A DNA stretch of 64,000 nt, from assembly GCA_002269645.1 (NCBI GenBank), contig NIVC01000875.1, forward strand, positions 186,001 to 250,000, in the 5' to 3' direction. Within the stretch, counting starts at the first letter, position 1. Every line of letters starts with the position of its first letter. This stretch comes from Macrostomum lignano. Its lineage: Eukaryota. This document shows, piece after piece, positions 10,401 to 21,212 of the stretch. Under the pieces are notes generated by a model. The model was not told the origin of the DNA. It saw only the letters and a program-made list of their open reading frames with translations, and did no database searches. A program made the translations under genes and the position numbers.

Positions 10401-10905
10401 ATGAGGCTGCTAAACTCTGAGATCAGTGATCTCGCCATTAATGCATGAGAAGAAGCTGCAGAACAGGCTGCATCAACATGGCAAGTCATCAGCGTATCGT
10501 AGCCTGATTTCCACTGAAACAGATTTTAGTTGTTTTAATGTATCCGCTTTGAATTAAGCATTATGTAATAGTATAATTTTTATATGCAATCAGTATTCTG
10601 TAATAAAGTAATAAAGTTGGAAAGTGATGGATAAAAGACGCTGGTGCAGCTACAGGGACTACTAAATATTTAGAGCAGAGCAATACTTAGAGTATTTAGT
10701 GGTCCCTGTGCCACTGCTACTACTGAGGCTCATGCTGCTACTGATATAATAAAGCGGGTGCCAGCGCAGATTAGGAAATAATAAGTTAATGGACAGCGCA
10801 AGCTATGAAATATTTGAAAAAATGAAGTTTTTTGTAAATGTGCATTGCTTGAAGAACTAAAAAAGTCAGAAGTTCCACACAGGCTGGCACACAGTCCTAA
10901 AGATA
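7420..10905. repeat. Spacer block X, segmental duplicate of 19900-24120
   Basis: Colinear high identity with 19900-20359 plus 21213-24120, including the CT tract and the 189-nt exon-like ORF. Confidence 0.85.
8720..9290. repeat. CT-rich simple repeat (paralog at 22095-22590)
   Basis: (CTCTC/CTT)n degenerate tract. Confidence 0.9.
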
Positions 10906-10919
10906 CCGCGATTATCGTA

Positions 10920-11100
10920 TGAGAAGACAGTGTCTGAGAGATGCACTGCCTGCACCTGATTGGCTGAATGCGAGCCCGGTGCCTCGGTCTCGGACTCTCC
11001 TTTATACGGAACGCATACTACTTATGGCAGTAGAGGTTTGAGTGCAGACTTGCAGAGTCGAGTGGGCAGTGAAAAAATGCAGAGATGAGAGAGGTGGAGA
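10920..11100 (-). promoter_or_regulatory. Orphan type II promoter remnant (no gene downstream)
   Basis: Homologous to 31245-31420 and 47905-48040; CCAAT retained, TATA degraded at the junction. Confidence 0.55.
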
Positions 11101-11139
11101 ATGATTTGATGTGAAAATACTGGTATACTTGAGAGTAGC

Positions 11140-11745
11140 AGATGGAATATGCAGAGAGAATATGCAGAGAGAATATGCAGATAGAATATGCAGATAGAAT
11201 ATGCAGATAGAATATGCAGATAGAATATGCAGAGAGAATATGCAGAGAGAATATGCAGATGGAATATGCAGAGAGAAAATGCAGATAGAATATGCAGATA
11301 GAATATGCAGAGAGAATATGCAGATAGAAAATGCAGAGAGAATATGCAGAGAGAATATGCAGATGGAATATGCAGAGAGAAAATGCAGATAGAATATGCA
11401 GATGGAATATGCAGAGAGAAAATGCAGATAGAATATGCAGATGGAATATGCAGAGAGAAAATGCAGATAGAAAATGCAGATAGAATATACAGAGAGAATA
11501 TGCAGATAGAATATGCAGATAGAATATGCAGATAGAATATGCAGATGGAATATGCAGAGAGAATATGCAGATGGAATATGCAGATGGAATATGCAGATAG
11601 AATATGCAGATGGAATATGCAGATAGAATATGCAGATAGAATATGCAGATAGAATATGCAGATAGAATATGCAGATAGAATATGCAGATAGAATATGCAG
11701 ATGGAATATGCAGATAGAATATGCAGATAGAATATGCAGATAGAA
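11140..11745. repeat. 13/14-bp minisatellite (ATAGAATATGCAG)
   Basis: Direct tandem units; the paralogous array at 31455-31890 has unit ATAGAACATCCAG. Confidence 0.95.
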
Positions 11746-11808
11746 TTCACTGCGGTTTGTGTCCGGTTCAATTCATTGGTCTATGTCGATTGGCATAATT
11801 TTTATCCT

Positions 11809-12262
11809 TAGAATCTCCCAGCATCTCAGAATCTCCCAGCATCTCAGAATCTCCCAGCATCTCAGAATCTCCCAGCATCTCAGAATCTCCCAGCATCTCA
11901 GAATCTCCCAGCATCTCAGAATCTCCCAGCATCTCAGAATCTCCCAGCATCTCAGAATCTCCAAGCATCTCAGAATCTCCCAGCATCTCAGAATCTCCCA
12001 GCATCTCAGAATCTCCCAGCATCTCAGAATCTCCCAGCATCTCAGAATCTCCCAGCATCTCAGAATCTCCAAGCATCTCAGAATCTCCCAGCATCTCAGA
12101 ATCTCCCAGCATCTCAGAATCTCCCAGCATCTCAGAATCTCCCAGCATCTCAGAATCTCCCAGCATCTCAGAATCTCCAAGCATCTCAGAATCTCCCAGC
12201 ATCTCAGAATCTCCCAGCATCTCAGAATCTCCCAGCATCTCAGAATCTCCCAGCATCTGAGA
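11809..12262. repeat. 18-bp minisatellite (AGAATCTCCCAGCATCTC), about 25 copies
   Basis: Direct tandem units; paralog at 33545-34512. Confidence 0.95.
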
Positions 12263-13348
12263 ATTCGGCACTCTAAAAAAACAAAGAAACTCTCACATCA
12301 AACTTTCTCAGTTTTTTTTATTTCAACAAAAATAAGCGACTCAAGCACTCGATGTGCTGATAGTAGCATGACGCGGAGCCAGCTTGGTGTGCAGAATTAA
12401 GGAGAATTTTTAGTATATGGATATGAAAATTGAAATAGATTGAAAAACCGAAATGGCTGTCTGGTGACACAAAATTAAAAGTTTTCAGTAAAAATGTTTC
12501 AATAATTTAAGCGTATTTGTCTGAGCACTCTCAATCAGCCCTTCCCTGAGCTATATCAGACGCAGCTCACTTTAAAGCCAAGCTCTTTAGCTAAAAATTA
12601 ATTCTAAAATGAGAAAATGCTTAATCATGACCACATGCAAAGCACGCAGGCAGCAAAGGTTGGCTGAACAGCACTATGACGTGATTCTTGAACTTTCCGC
12701 TGCAGTCAAACTGCCTCACTGTGAGTTCCGCAACCAACAGAAGATTTTTATCATAACCCAAAGCTTTCAAAGCTCGCACAGCTGCTCAAAATTAGTAAAC
12801 AGCTAAACAGCTTATTATGCAGCTCTCCTGTCCCGTGCTGCTTTTGATCTTGACGTCAGTGTCAGCTGATTCTTGGGGCTGCATGGCTGCCTGCTCTCAG
12901 GTGAGCTTTCCGCGACTCTCTTATCGGGAAGACCTTGCTCGATCTAAGCTCAGGTGCAGCCTCGGTGGCTCCACTTATCTTGCTTTTCTACAGTTGTCTG
13001 CCTTGAGGTGCGGCCTGTGGCACTTTTGCCCTTTTTGGTCTGTCCTTGCAGCGAATCTGAAGCTCTTGTTTGGTCATCTTTCGAAAAGATTTGAATAAAC
13101 TTTTGCTTTTGCAAGCAAAACACTTCGGAGGGTTTTTGAGAAGCCTGGCAATTGTGCATCATGATGAAGTGAAACTTTTGTGCTGCAATGCATCCGAATT
13201 CAACTGTAAGGGCTTTGCTTTCAGCCAATGCGAGCGCTCAGCCGGAAAAGCTGAGGACACGAACCCTGCCTCAGCCAGTGAATGAACTCTAATGTACAAG
13301 TAAATTATTGCTCTCCTTCCCCATTTCTCCATCAGATCCCTGAGCCAG

Positions 13349-13535
13349 GAGTGACACTTAATCATTGTTAATGATCAAACCACATACGCATCCACATTGT
13401 CTCATAGGCCACGAGTGATACTTAATCATTGTTAATGATCAAACCACATACGCATCCACATTGTCTCATAGGCCACGAGTGACACTTAATCATTGTCAAT
13501 GATCAAACCACATACGCATCAACATTGTCTCATAG
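13349..13535. repeat. 64-bp tandem repeat, about 3 copies
   Basis: Units start at 13349, 13413 and 13477. Confidence 0.9.
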
Positions 13536-14482
13536 ATGTACGCTTTTGATCAGCGTTGAACAATCCATCATTGTTCAACGATAAAGCGAATCTGATTGTT
13601 CGACGCTAAAAAGACGAGAAATTTTGGTTGCTTGAGGCTATAGACAAGTTTTTTCTTCGCCAGAACGAAGCTTGTAAGAGTCTGATTTGAACCATAGACG
13701 TAAGTAGCTGCAACAAAAATTCGTCTCGACTAGCAGCAAAAGCATCATCAGCCACGAGGCAGCAACTGTTCGTGAGAATACCAATGCTGCAGTGTTCTTC
13801 AACTGCCAGTTCGCAAATTGCACTATCAATATCAATACAATATCAATAAGTAGTAGGAATAAGTGACAGAGCAATAACATCTGTGTTCACCACGTTTTTT
13901 TGTACTCACATGAGTCGTATTTGTTTCGCTTTTTGCTTGTTGTTCTCATATTCATATTTTTTTCTGTGAAAATTGTTTGCACGCAATCGTTGAACGCTTA
14001 ATACCAAGGACCACTAGAAGCAGAAGGACGGGACACTTCGTTTCTTGGAAAATTTATTAAAGGCTGATTTTCACGGAAAAATGCACTAGCGAGATAGGAA
14101 ATTTTCACTTTTTTTCACTCTAAAATGGTGATAGCTTTTTATTGGAAGCCGATACAATGCTCTTCTTTTGATATAACTTACAAAACATGTTGCTTCAACG
14201 GATTTTGTAAAGATATTTTCATGAATAATTGATCTTCATATTATTTTAGTTTACAGTCTATGTTCAAAATATCTGCTCTAGCGTGTGACAATTGAAAGCG
14301 TTGCCAGTAGGCTTGATCTATTTGACAATAGTTCTAAAGTCTAAATTTCGTAGAGTTCTTTTGAGTAGCTAGTCCTTGGCCAAGTACTGTTGGCTGAACT
14401 TTGAAAAACAGAAATCTTAATTGACGCGTAGCATACAAAAAAGATACAAAATCTTCATAGATGGTATTTAAAGCAACTCGGC

Positions 14483-15423
14483 TTAGTGCTGTGAGTCAGA
14501 CTTTTTCCTCAAGAACTCGTGCTCCAACAGCTTTTCTGCCGAGTGTCTCTCACTGCGGTCCTTGGCGGTGCAGCGGCTGTAGAAATCCTGAAACTCTGCG
14601 GACCGGCCCTCCGGCAGGGCGGGGGCGCCCCTCCTGTAAAGATCAAGTGCCATTTCCCAGAAGTTTTTTACTTTTGAGAACGGTTTGGTACCGGAGGCCA
14701 TCTGGAAGACCGAGCAGCCGAACGCCCAGATGTCCGACTCTCTGCTGTACTGCTCGCATTCCGAGGTGCCGATTCCGAGCAGCTCTGGCGCCATGAAGCT
14801 CAAAGTACCTTTCAATGACTCGGGAAAAGCTGAGTGGCGACTGACTGACTGCTCTAGCTTGATCGACAGGCCGAAGTCGATCAGCTTGATTCGCGTGTTG
14901 TCAGCACAAACAATTATGTTCGAGCAGTTGATGTCTCTGTGGATCACGGGCGGCTGCCGGCTGTGCAGGTAGAGCAGCGTGCAGCAGATCTACGAGCGGT
15001 TGGTCAGTGAGCAGTCATCATTCATGGAACATGGAACAGTAGCATCAAGGATGCACAATGCTCACCTGCTCGCTGAAGTCTCGAATCGTCAGCTCGTCGA
15101 GCGGCTTGTTGTTGTCGATGAACCTCTCCAAGCTTCGGCCGTCCAGCAGCTCCATGAACACAACGACTGTGGCGGGCTCCGGCTGAGCGATGTGCAAGAA
15201 CCTGACGATGTTGGGATGCCGCAGTCGGCACAGGTTTTTCTCGCTCTCGACAGCTCTGTGGATCTCTGTGCTCACAGAGATTTGGTCATCACCGAGCTGC
15301 ACAGGCAGTCTGAGAGTCTTGGCGGTGCACCTGATGCCTCTGTCGGTGACAACTTCCTGGATGTCACCAAAGCATCCTCTTGCAACGAACCGAGTGGAGT
15401 CCCAGCTCTTCCTGAAAATGGAG
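14483..15423 (-). CDS. Gene B kinase domain 2 (altered glycine loop ARGCFG)
   Basis: FVARGCFGDIQEV, TAK, HRDINCSN, DFG, GTLSFMAPE; intron 14990-15065; stop at 14483-14485. Confidence 0.9.
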
Positions 15424-18400
15424 CTGTTGGGAACATTGGAAAGCGACTCAGAAAGCGTTGAGCTGCTATTCAGACTTTTTGCATTGCCTGACAGACAGAC
15501 TAAAATTAGGGGATGCACGGGCGTCACTGCAGTTGGAGGATTTTGTCGGATATCATATTCAGTAAAACGCATCTGACACAGCAGCCCCACAGATTCCCAG
15601 GAACTCCCTCGAACTGTCTACGTCTGAGCAGGGATTTCGCTTTATCAATGCAGTATAGGCACAATTTTATTTTTCTGAGGTTCAAGCTAACACCTCTCAA
15701 TGCTCACTGCTCAATTTAGGTGGCGCATCTTTAGCGTGAGCACAGTGAGCCCGCATGACTGGTTATAAAACAATGCAACTCCGTTCTCACCTATGCATTA
15801 GCATCATATCGCATAGGCATCTAAGGCTAGCCCAGTAACTGTACATTTCTACCTGACGATGAGGAACTCGTGCCCCATCAGCTCCAGTGCAGACTTTCTG
15901 CTTTTGCGGTCCATGGCGGTGCAGCGGCTGTAGAAGTCTTGCAGCTCCACTGAGCAGCCCGTCGGCAGGGCGGGGGCGCCGCTGCTTCTCAGCCTTTCGG
16001 GCAGCGTGTGAAGCATTTTGTGCTCAGCGAAGGGCCGCCTGCCCGAGACCATCTGGAAGACCGAGCAGCCGAACGCCCAGATATCCGACTCTCTGCTGTA
16101 CCGCGGGCTGTCCGACTCTTCCGGTGCCAGCAGCTCCGGAGCCAAGAAGTTCAGAGTGCCTTCGGGGGTGGCTTTGGAGGCTGAGATGTGGCTGACTGAC
16201 TGCTCCAGCTTGACTGACAGGCCAAAGTCGATCAGCTTGATTCGCGTGTTGTCAGCACAAACAATTATGTTCGAGCAGTTGATGTCTCTGTGGATCACGG
16301 GCGGCTGCCGGCTGTGCAGGTAAAGCAGCGCGCGGCAGATCTACGAGCGGTCGGTCAGTGAGCAGTCATCATTCATGGAACATGGAACTGGAGCATCAAG
16401 GATGCACAATGCTCACCTGCTCGCTGAAGTCTCGAATCGTCAGCTCGTCCAGCGGCTTGTTGTCGATAAACCTCCCCAAGCTTCGGCCGTCCAGCAGCTC
16501 CATGAATACAACGACTGTGGCGGGCTTCGGCTGAGCGATGTGCAAGAATCTGACGATGTTGGGATGCTGCAGTCGGCACAGGTTTTTCTCGCTCTCGACA
16601 GCTCTGTGGATCTCTGTGCTCACAGAGGTTTGGTCATCACCGAGCTGCACAGGCAGTCTGAGAGTCTTGGCAGCGCACGTGACGCCCGTGTCAGTTCGAA
16701 CTTCCTGGACTTCGCCGAAGCCTCCTCGGCCGATGAGGCGAACGGCGTCCCAGCGCTTCAGGAACGGAGGACCTTCGGGTCTGAGGGAATGCGAATTGAA
16801 GCAATGAGGGATAATTTGCATGCTGTAGCTGTCTGTGCTGTAGCTGTGTGCTGTTGCTGTGTGCTGTAGCTGTGTGTTGTAGCTGTGTGTGCTGTAGCTG
16901 TGTGTGCTGTAGCTGTGTGCTGTAGCTGTGTGCTGTAGCTGTGTGCTGTAGCTGTGTGTGCTGTAGCTGTGTGCTGTAGCTGTGTGTGCTGTAGCTGTGT
17001 GTGCTGAAGGAACTCACGGCGGTGCCAGAGACTCCTCGAAGTAAATCTTGCCGTCGTACCTAAATAGGCAGTGCGGAGTCTGAAGTCAAGAGGGAATTCA
17101 GTTGAGAGCCCATGCTCTGTGCTTCATTTCTTCATTTTGTTTTAATTAACTATGAAACAGATTTCATTAATACTTTTGTTTTATTGTAAAAAATGATATT
17201 AGCAGAAAAGCACAAAAAATTTCAGATGTTGAAATTAAACTCAACTGTCACAGCAAAATGTTTGCTGGTGTCTCACAGCTCGCAGGCAGCTGAACATTAA
17301 TATTCAACTGGCAATCTGCAGTCAAACTGCACTGCAAACTCCCTCAATGCAGCTCAGTCAGTGTCTGCTGCCCATTTAAACTACAAAAATGTTAAAATGC
17401 CCACTCAGAGCAACTGCAGTCAGCTGCTCAATATTCAATCATAAAGTACAGCATGATTTTATCAATGATAAATCAAAGTCAGAGAGACATTCTCAGTCGC
17501 CATGGAAACTCACCCACGCAGCAGCTCAGCCAGTTCGATATTTCCCTTCTGTGTGGCCAAATACAGCGCAGTCCTGCCGTCTCTGGTCTTCAGGTTCCAA
17601 TCCGCCCCTGAGTCCAGCAGAACCCGACCCACTGCGGCGGCGGTGTCGGGGGGCGCAATGATGGCTGCCAGCATGAGGGGCGTGAATTCAGCCCGACCCC
17701 TGGCATTGGCGGAGGCTCCGGAAGCCAGCAGAGCGGAGGATGCGGCAGAATTGCCAGCCTCGGCTGCCCAGTGCAGGCAACTTGTAGCCCATATGGTCGC
17801 ACAGGTGGGGTCACCCAGCAGCACCAGCTGCTCCCACAGAGCCTCATCTCCGCACGAGCTGTTCTCAGCAGCCCACGTCAACGCAGTGCGACCCTCATGG
17901 TCAGGCAGGTCGCAGCTGCCGCGGGTCACCGCTCGCCGCAGCCCCGCCGAGTCGCCCGCCTTGGCCAGCCGCCGCAGTTCCTGTCGATCTGCCTCCTCCT
18001 GCAAAAGCGAGCGGGAAATTTGAGCACAGCTGCTCAGCTGCAGCCGCATCGGCACCGCAGATGCCGCTCACCTGGTCTGTCAGACCGGAGATCCTGCCAG
18101 ATGCATCCACAAGCAGCCACATCTCCCTGCAACAGCAAAAATGAGCAGCGAATTTCCAATTTTCTCAAATCCGACAACTACGATCGCCAAAATAAATATT
18201 TATGATAAATTTAGTAAGCAGAATAAATTCCTAACTATCTGAGCTGCTCGCAGATGGAGTTTCCAAGAGAACTGCAGCAGCTCTGCGACAATCAGCATTG
18301 AGAGCGCATCCGACTTCTCATACGCAGCTCATTTTCCATTTCTGCAGCATGAGTTTCCTTCCATCTCACAATGTCTCCAAAAAAGCACGTACGCACAGTC

Positions 18401-19486
18401 CCTACAGTTTCCACTCTCGACTGAGATCAGCCGGCACCCCATTGGCTGTGAGGCAGCCAGCCAATCACATCTCTCGCCCATCAAGCAGTCAGACAGAGAC
18501 AAGCTCAGCTGACTGGCTCTGATTGGCTGGCCTGAGACTGCAGGTCTGGCCACCCCAGCCGAATGCTGCAAAACTTGATGGACACAGCAGCGAACTGCTC
18601 ACTCACCGCTCGATGTAGCTGGCCAGCTCTGAGTGACCACTGCGACTCGCCAGGTCCGACGCCGTCCGACCCTCGCGATCCTGCAGTCCGAGCAGCAGCG
18701 ACCTCTTTGAGTTTCCGTGCTGAAAAAACTCATTGAATCTTATCTGCCTGAGCAGATGCAGCAGGTGCTTGGCGCATTTCCAGCTTCCAGTCCGCGCCGC
18801 CTCCATCAGCGGAGTGGCGCCGTTGTCGTTCCGCAGCCACTTCGCATCGAACGACAGCAGCGTCAGCAGCCGCAGGTGGTCCCGACGGGCTGCCAGGTGC
18901 GCAGCCGTGTCGCCGTTCGCGTCAGCCGCCTTGGGTTTCGCGCCCAGCTCAAATAAGTACAAGATGCACTTTTCAGTGTGCACGGGAGTCTCAGGAGCGT
19001 CGGCCACCAGCATGAGGACGGTCCGACGAGCTGCATCAGCGCTGGTGACCAGCTGGAGCGTTGCCAGCCGCCGCACCTGGCCGAAGTCACCTCGGATGAC
19101 GTCGTGGGCGAGAGTCTGGAGATCGGCTGGTGAGGATCTGACGCTTGCCCGGTTGGTGGGGTCCGGCTGAGTGAGCTCCTGCAACTGCAATTGAGGCACC
19201 CAAGCTGCTCATTCAAACAGGTGAGTGAGTCTTTGCAACTACAGTGGAACCTCCTTCAGGTATTAATGTGTTTCAATTTGGTCACTTTAACGTCACTTAC
19301 TTCTTCGTCAAGTAGTGGCCTTGGTGGCTTTGGTGGCTTTGGTGGCTTTGGTGGCTTTGGTGGCTTTGGTGGCTTTGGTGGCTTTGGTGGCTTTGGTGGC
19401 TCTCCTAGTGAACTTCGTCGTCTTATTGGTGGTGATGGTGGTGGTGATGCTGGTGGTGGTGGTGGTAGTCGCCCTCGCTCTGCCAT
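14483..19486 (-). CDS. Gene B: Pro-rich N-terminus + ankyrin repeats + tandem MAP3K-like kinases (997 aa if fully spliced)
   Basis: Exons 19301-19486, 18607-19115, 18072-18126, 17514-17998, 17018-17059, 16417-16780, 15853-16340, 15066-15423 and 14483-14989 sum to 2994 nt, open, ending KKSDSQH*. Confidence 0.8.
15849..16780 (-). CDS. Gene B kinase domain 1
   Basis: LIGRGGFGEV, AAK, HRDINCSN, DFG, GTLNFLAPE; 76-nt intron 16341-16416. Confidence 0.92.
16820..17005. repeat. Intronic (GCTGTAGCTGTGT) microsatellite in intron 5; homologs at 2541-2610, 28655-28984, 45110-45335, 56975-57060
   Basis: Same motif at the same intron position in all five genes, with lengths of about 70-330 bp. Confidence 0.9.
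17514..19115 (-). CDS. Gene B ankyrin region (two blocks plus linker exon)
   Basis: Same exon sizes (509/55/485 nt) and ankyrin motifs as gene A. Confidence 0.9.
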
Positions 19487-19900
19487 GGCTGCAAGCTCAG
19501 TCGCAGGTGTCTCAGCTCAGCCCGAGAGTCCGGCAGGGCAGCGGCCACCTCTGCAGCAGATTTTATTGGCCCTGGAGCAGCTGCAGCGAATTCCTTCTCA
19601 CCCTGCCTTTCTGCCTCTCCCATTGGCTCTGAGGGAACAGCAGAACTGCTGCAATGTCAGTGCGTGGCTACTTAAAGCAGTCGGTGTGCTACTGTGGCTT
19701 TTATTGCAAAATTGGTGCAACTAGAAAGCAAAAAAGAATAATATTTTTATTTATATTTAACTTTATTTATTTATTTATATTTAAATAAGAATAAATGGCC
19801 AGCTCCAGAACTGGGAAATACTTTGTTGCGGTGAAGCAGATCAGTGCAAAAATAAACAGCTTGAGCACATGATTGTTCTTCTCAGACTCAACTACAAGAC
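19487..19900 (-). promoter_or_regulatory. Type I promoter module of gene B
   Basis: CCAAT at about 19565-19569 and 19622-19626; homologous to 4899-5200. Confidence 0.55.
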
Positions 19901-20160
19901 TCAATCTTGAATTCTCACTCATATCTTTGAATGCAAAGATATTTATTTAATTTTTTTAAATGAATTCATCACTCTCATTTTTTCACTATTTAAACTGAAT
20001 AAAAATGTGGAAGACTTGGAAAAATCGTTTTTTGTAGAGGCCTAAAATGTTTTGTTGTCATGGCAACAAAAACGACGCCTTGTGTGTGTGCTGTGTTCTC
20101 AGCCCTCCCTGAGTGTGTGCTCATGCTCATGGCCAGGACTAAAGCTCACTCGCTACTCCA

Positions 20161-20348
20161 TCAATCGGCTGTCTCCGCGGATGCCTGATGGATGGAGAAG
20201 CTGCAATTCAATCGGCTGTCTCCGCGGATGCCTGATGGATGGAGAAGCTGCAACTCAATCGGCTGTCTCCGCGGATGCCTGATGGATGGAGAAGCTGCAA
20301 CTCAATCGGCTGTCTCCGCGGATGCCTGATGGATGGAGAAGCTGCAAC
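20161..20348. repeat. 47-bp tandem repeat x4
   Basis: Units at 20161, 20208, 20255 and 20302; single copy at the paralogous site near 7717. Confidence 0.9.
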
Positions 20349-20359
20349 TCAATTGGCAG

Positions 20360-21212
20360 TTAATCGATACAACGATTAATAATAGTAAATTAATTACGCA
20401 ACTGGCAAGCGGATCTCAGCTTGAATAATAAACCGAACAGGACCACGGAGGAAGACTCCTAACCACTGGCCTAACCCAGGACCTACTCTCAGCGAAAGCC
20501 CTGACGAATCGGCTGTTCAGCGGAGCACTGACTAAGTTCTGTCAGCGCTGCCCTTCAGTGTGACACTGAGGCCCTCTGGGTAGAGGCCACGTACTTTGTC
20601 GAATCCGTCACTCTATCTAGAACGCGCTTAATAGCGACGACTTCAGACACTGGTGCCGTATCGTTACGCTATAAGACTGAAGCAGTCGGGCAGGGAGTGA
20701 AACTCGGACCGGGGTGATGAAATCGGGCGCCTCAAAGCGCGAACCAAAAATAGGGCAAAACGGCCGGGAGGTTGGAACAAAACCAAAAGCCGGGGAGAGA
20801 AGTGAGATTCGACCGCCAAACACACTTTCATTTATAGTCACTGTCAGACCCCTCACAACCCCCCTCAAGCCGGGTGGTGGTCGTCTGGCCGGCCGCTCGC
20901 TAAGCTGAATTGCACTGTGCCCGCGGCGCCGGGTAGAGTTGGATTTTGCCGCGTGCCGGGGTCCAGGCCGACCTTGATTGGCTGGCCGCGCAACGCTGGG
21001 GTTCGCAAAAACTTCAACCCTCCGCTGAGTCACGAAATTGGCGTCTGACTTTTACCCTGTTTACGCAAAATTAGATTCTAACTAACAAGAAAAAAGTACA
21101 TTGAAAACGTGACTAAATTAAAGCAAAATACAATAATTATCTTATCAACAATAATACAGAAGCTAACTAACTAATAGAATTCAAAAATTACACAAAAGAT
21201 GCTAACACTACA
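20360..21212. mobile_element. Unclassified insertion (about 850 bp), absent from the paralogous block at about 7775-7825
   Basis: Flanks on both sides match the 7.7-kb copy. GC-rich core and A-rich right end; no recognisable ORF, TIR or TSD. Confidence 0.35.

Noticed and set aside
11022-12400. Long ORFs such as (ISQHLR)n, (EMLGDS)n and (SAYSICIF)n
   Set aside because: Translations of stop-free minisatellites, open in several frames on both strands, with no domain or splice support.
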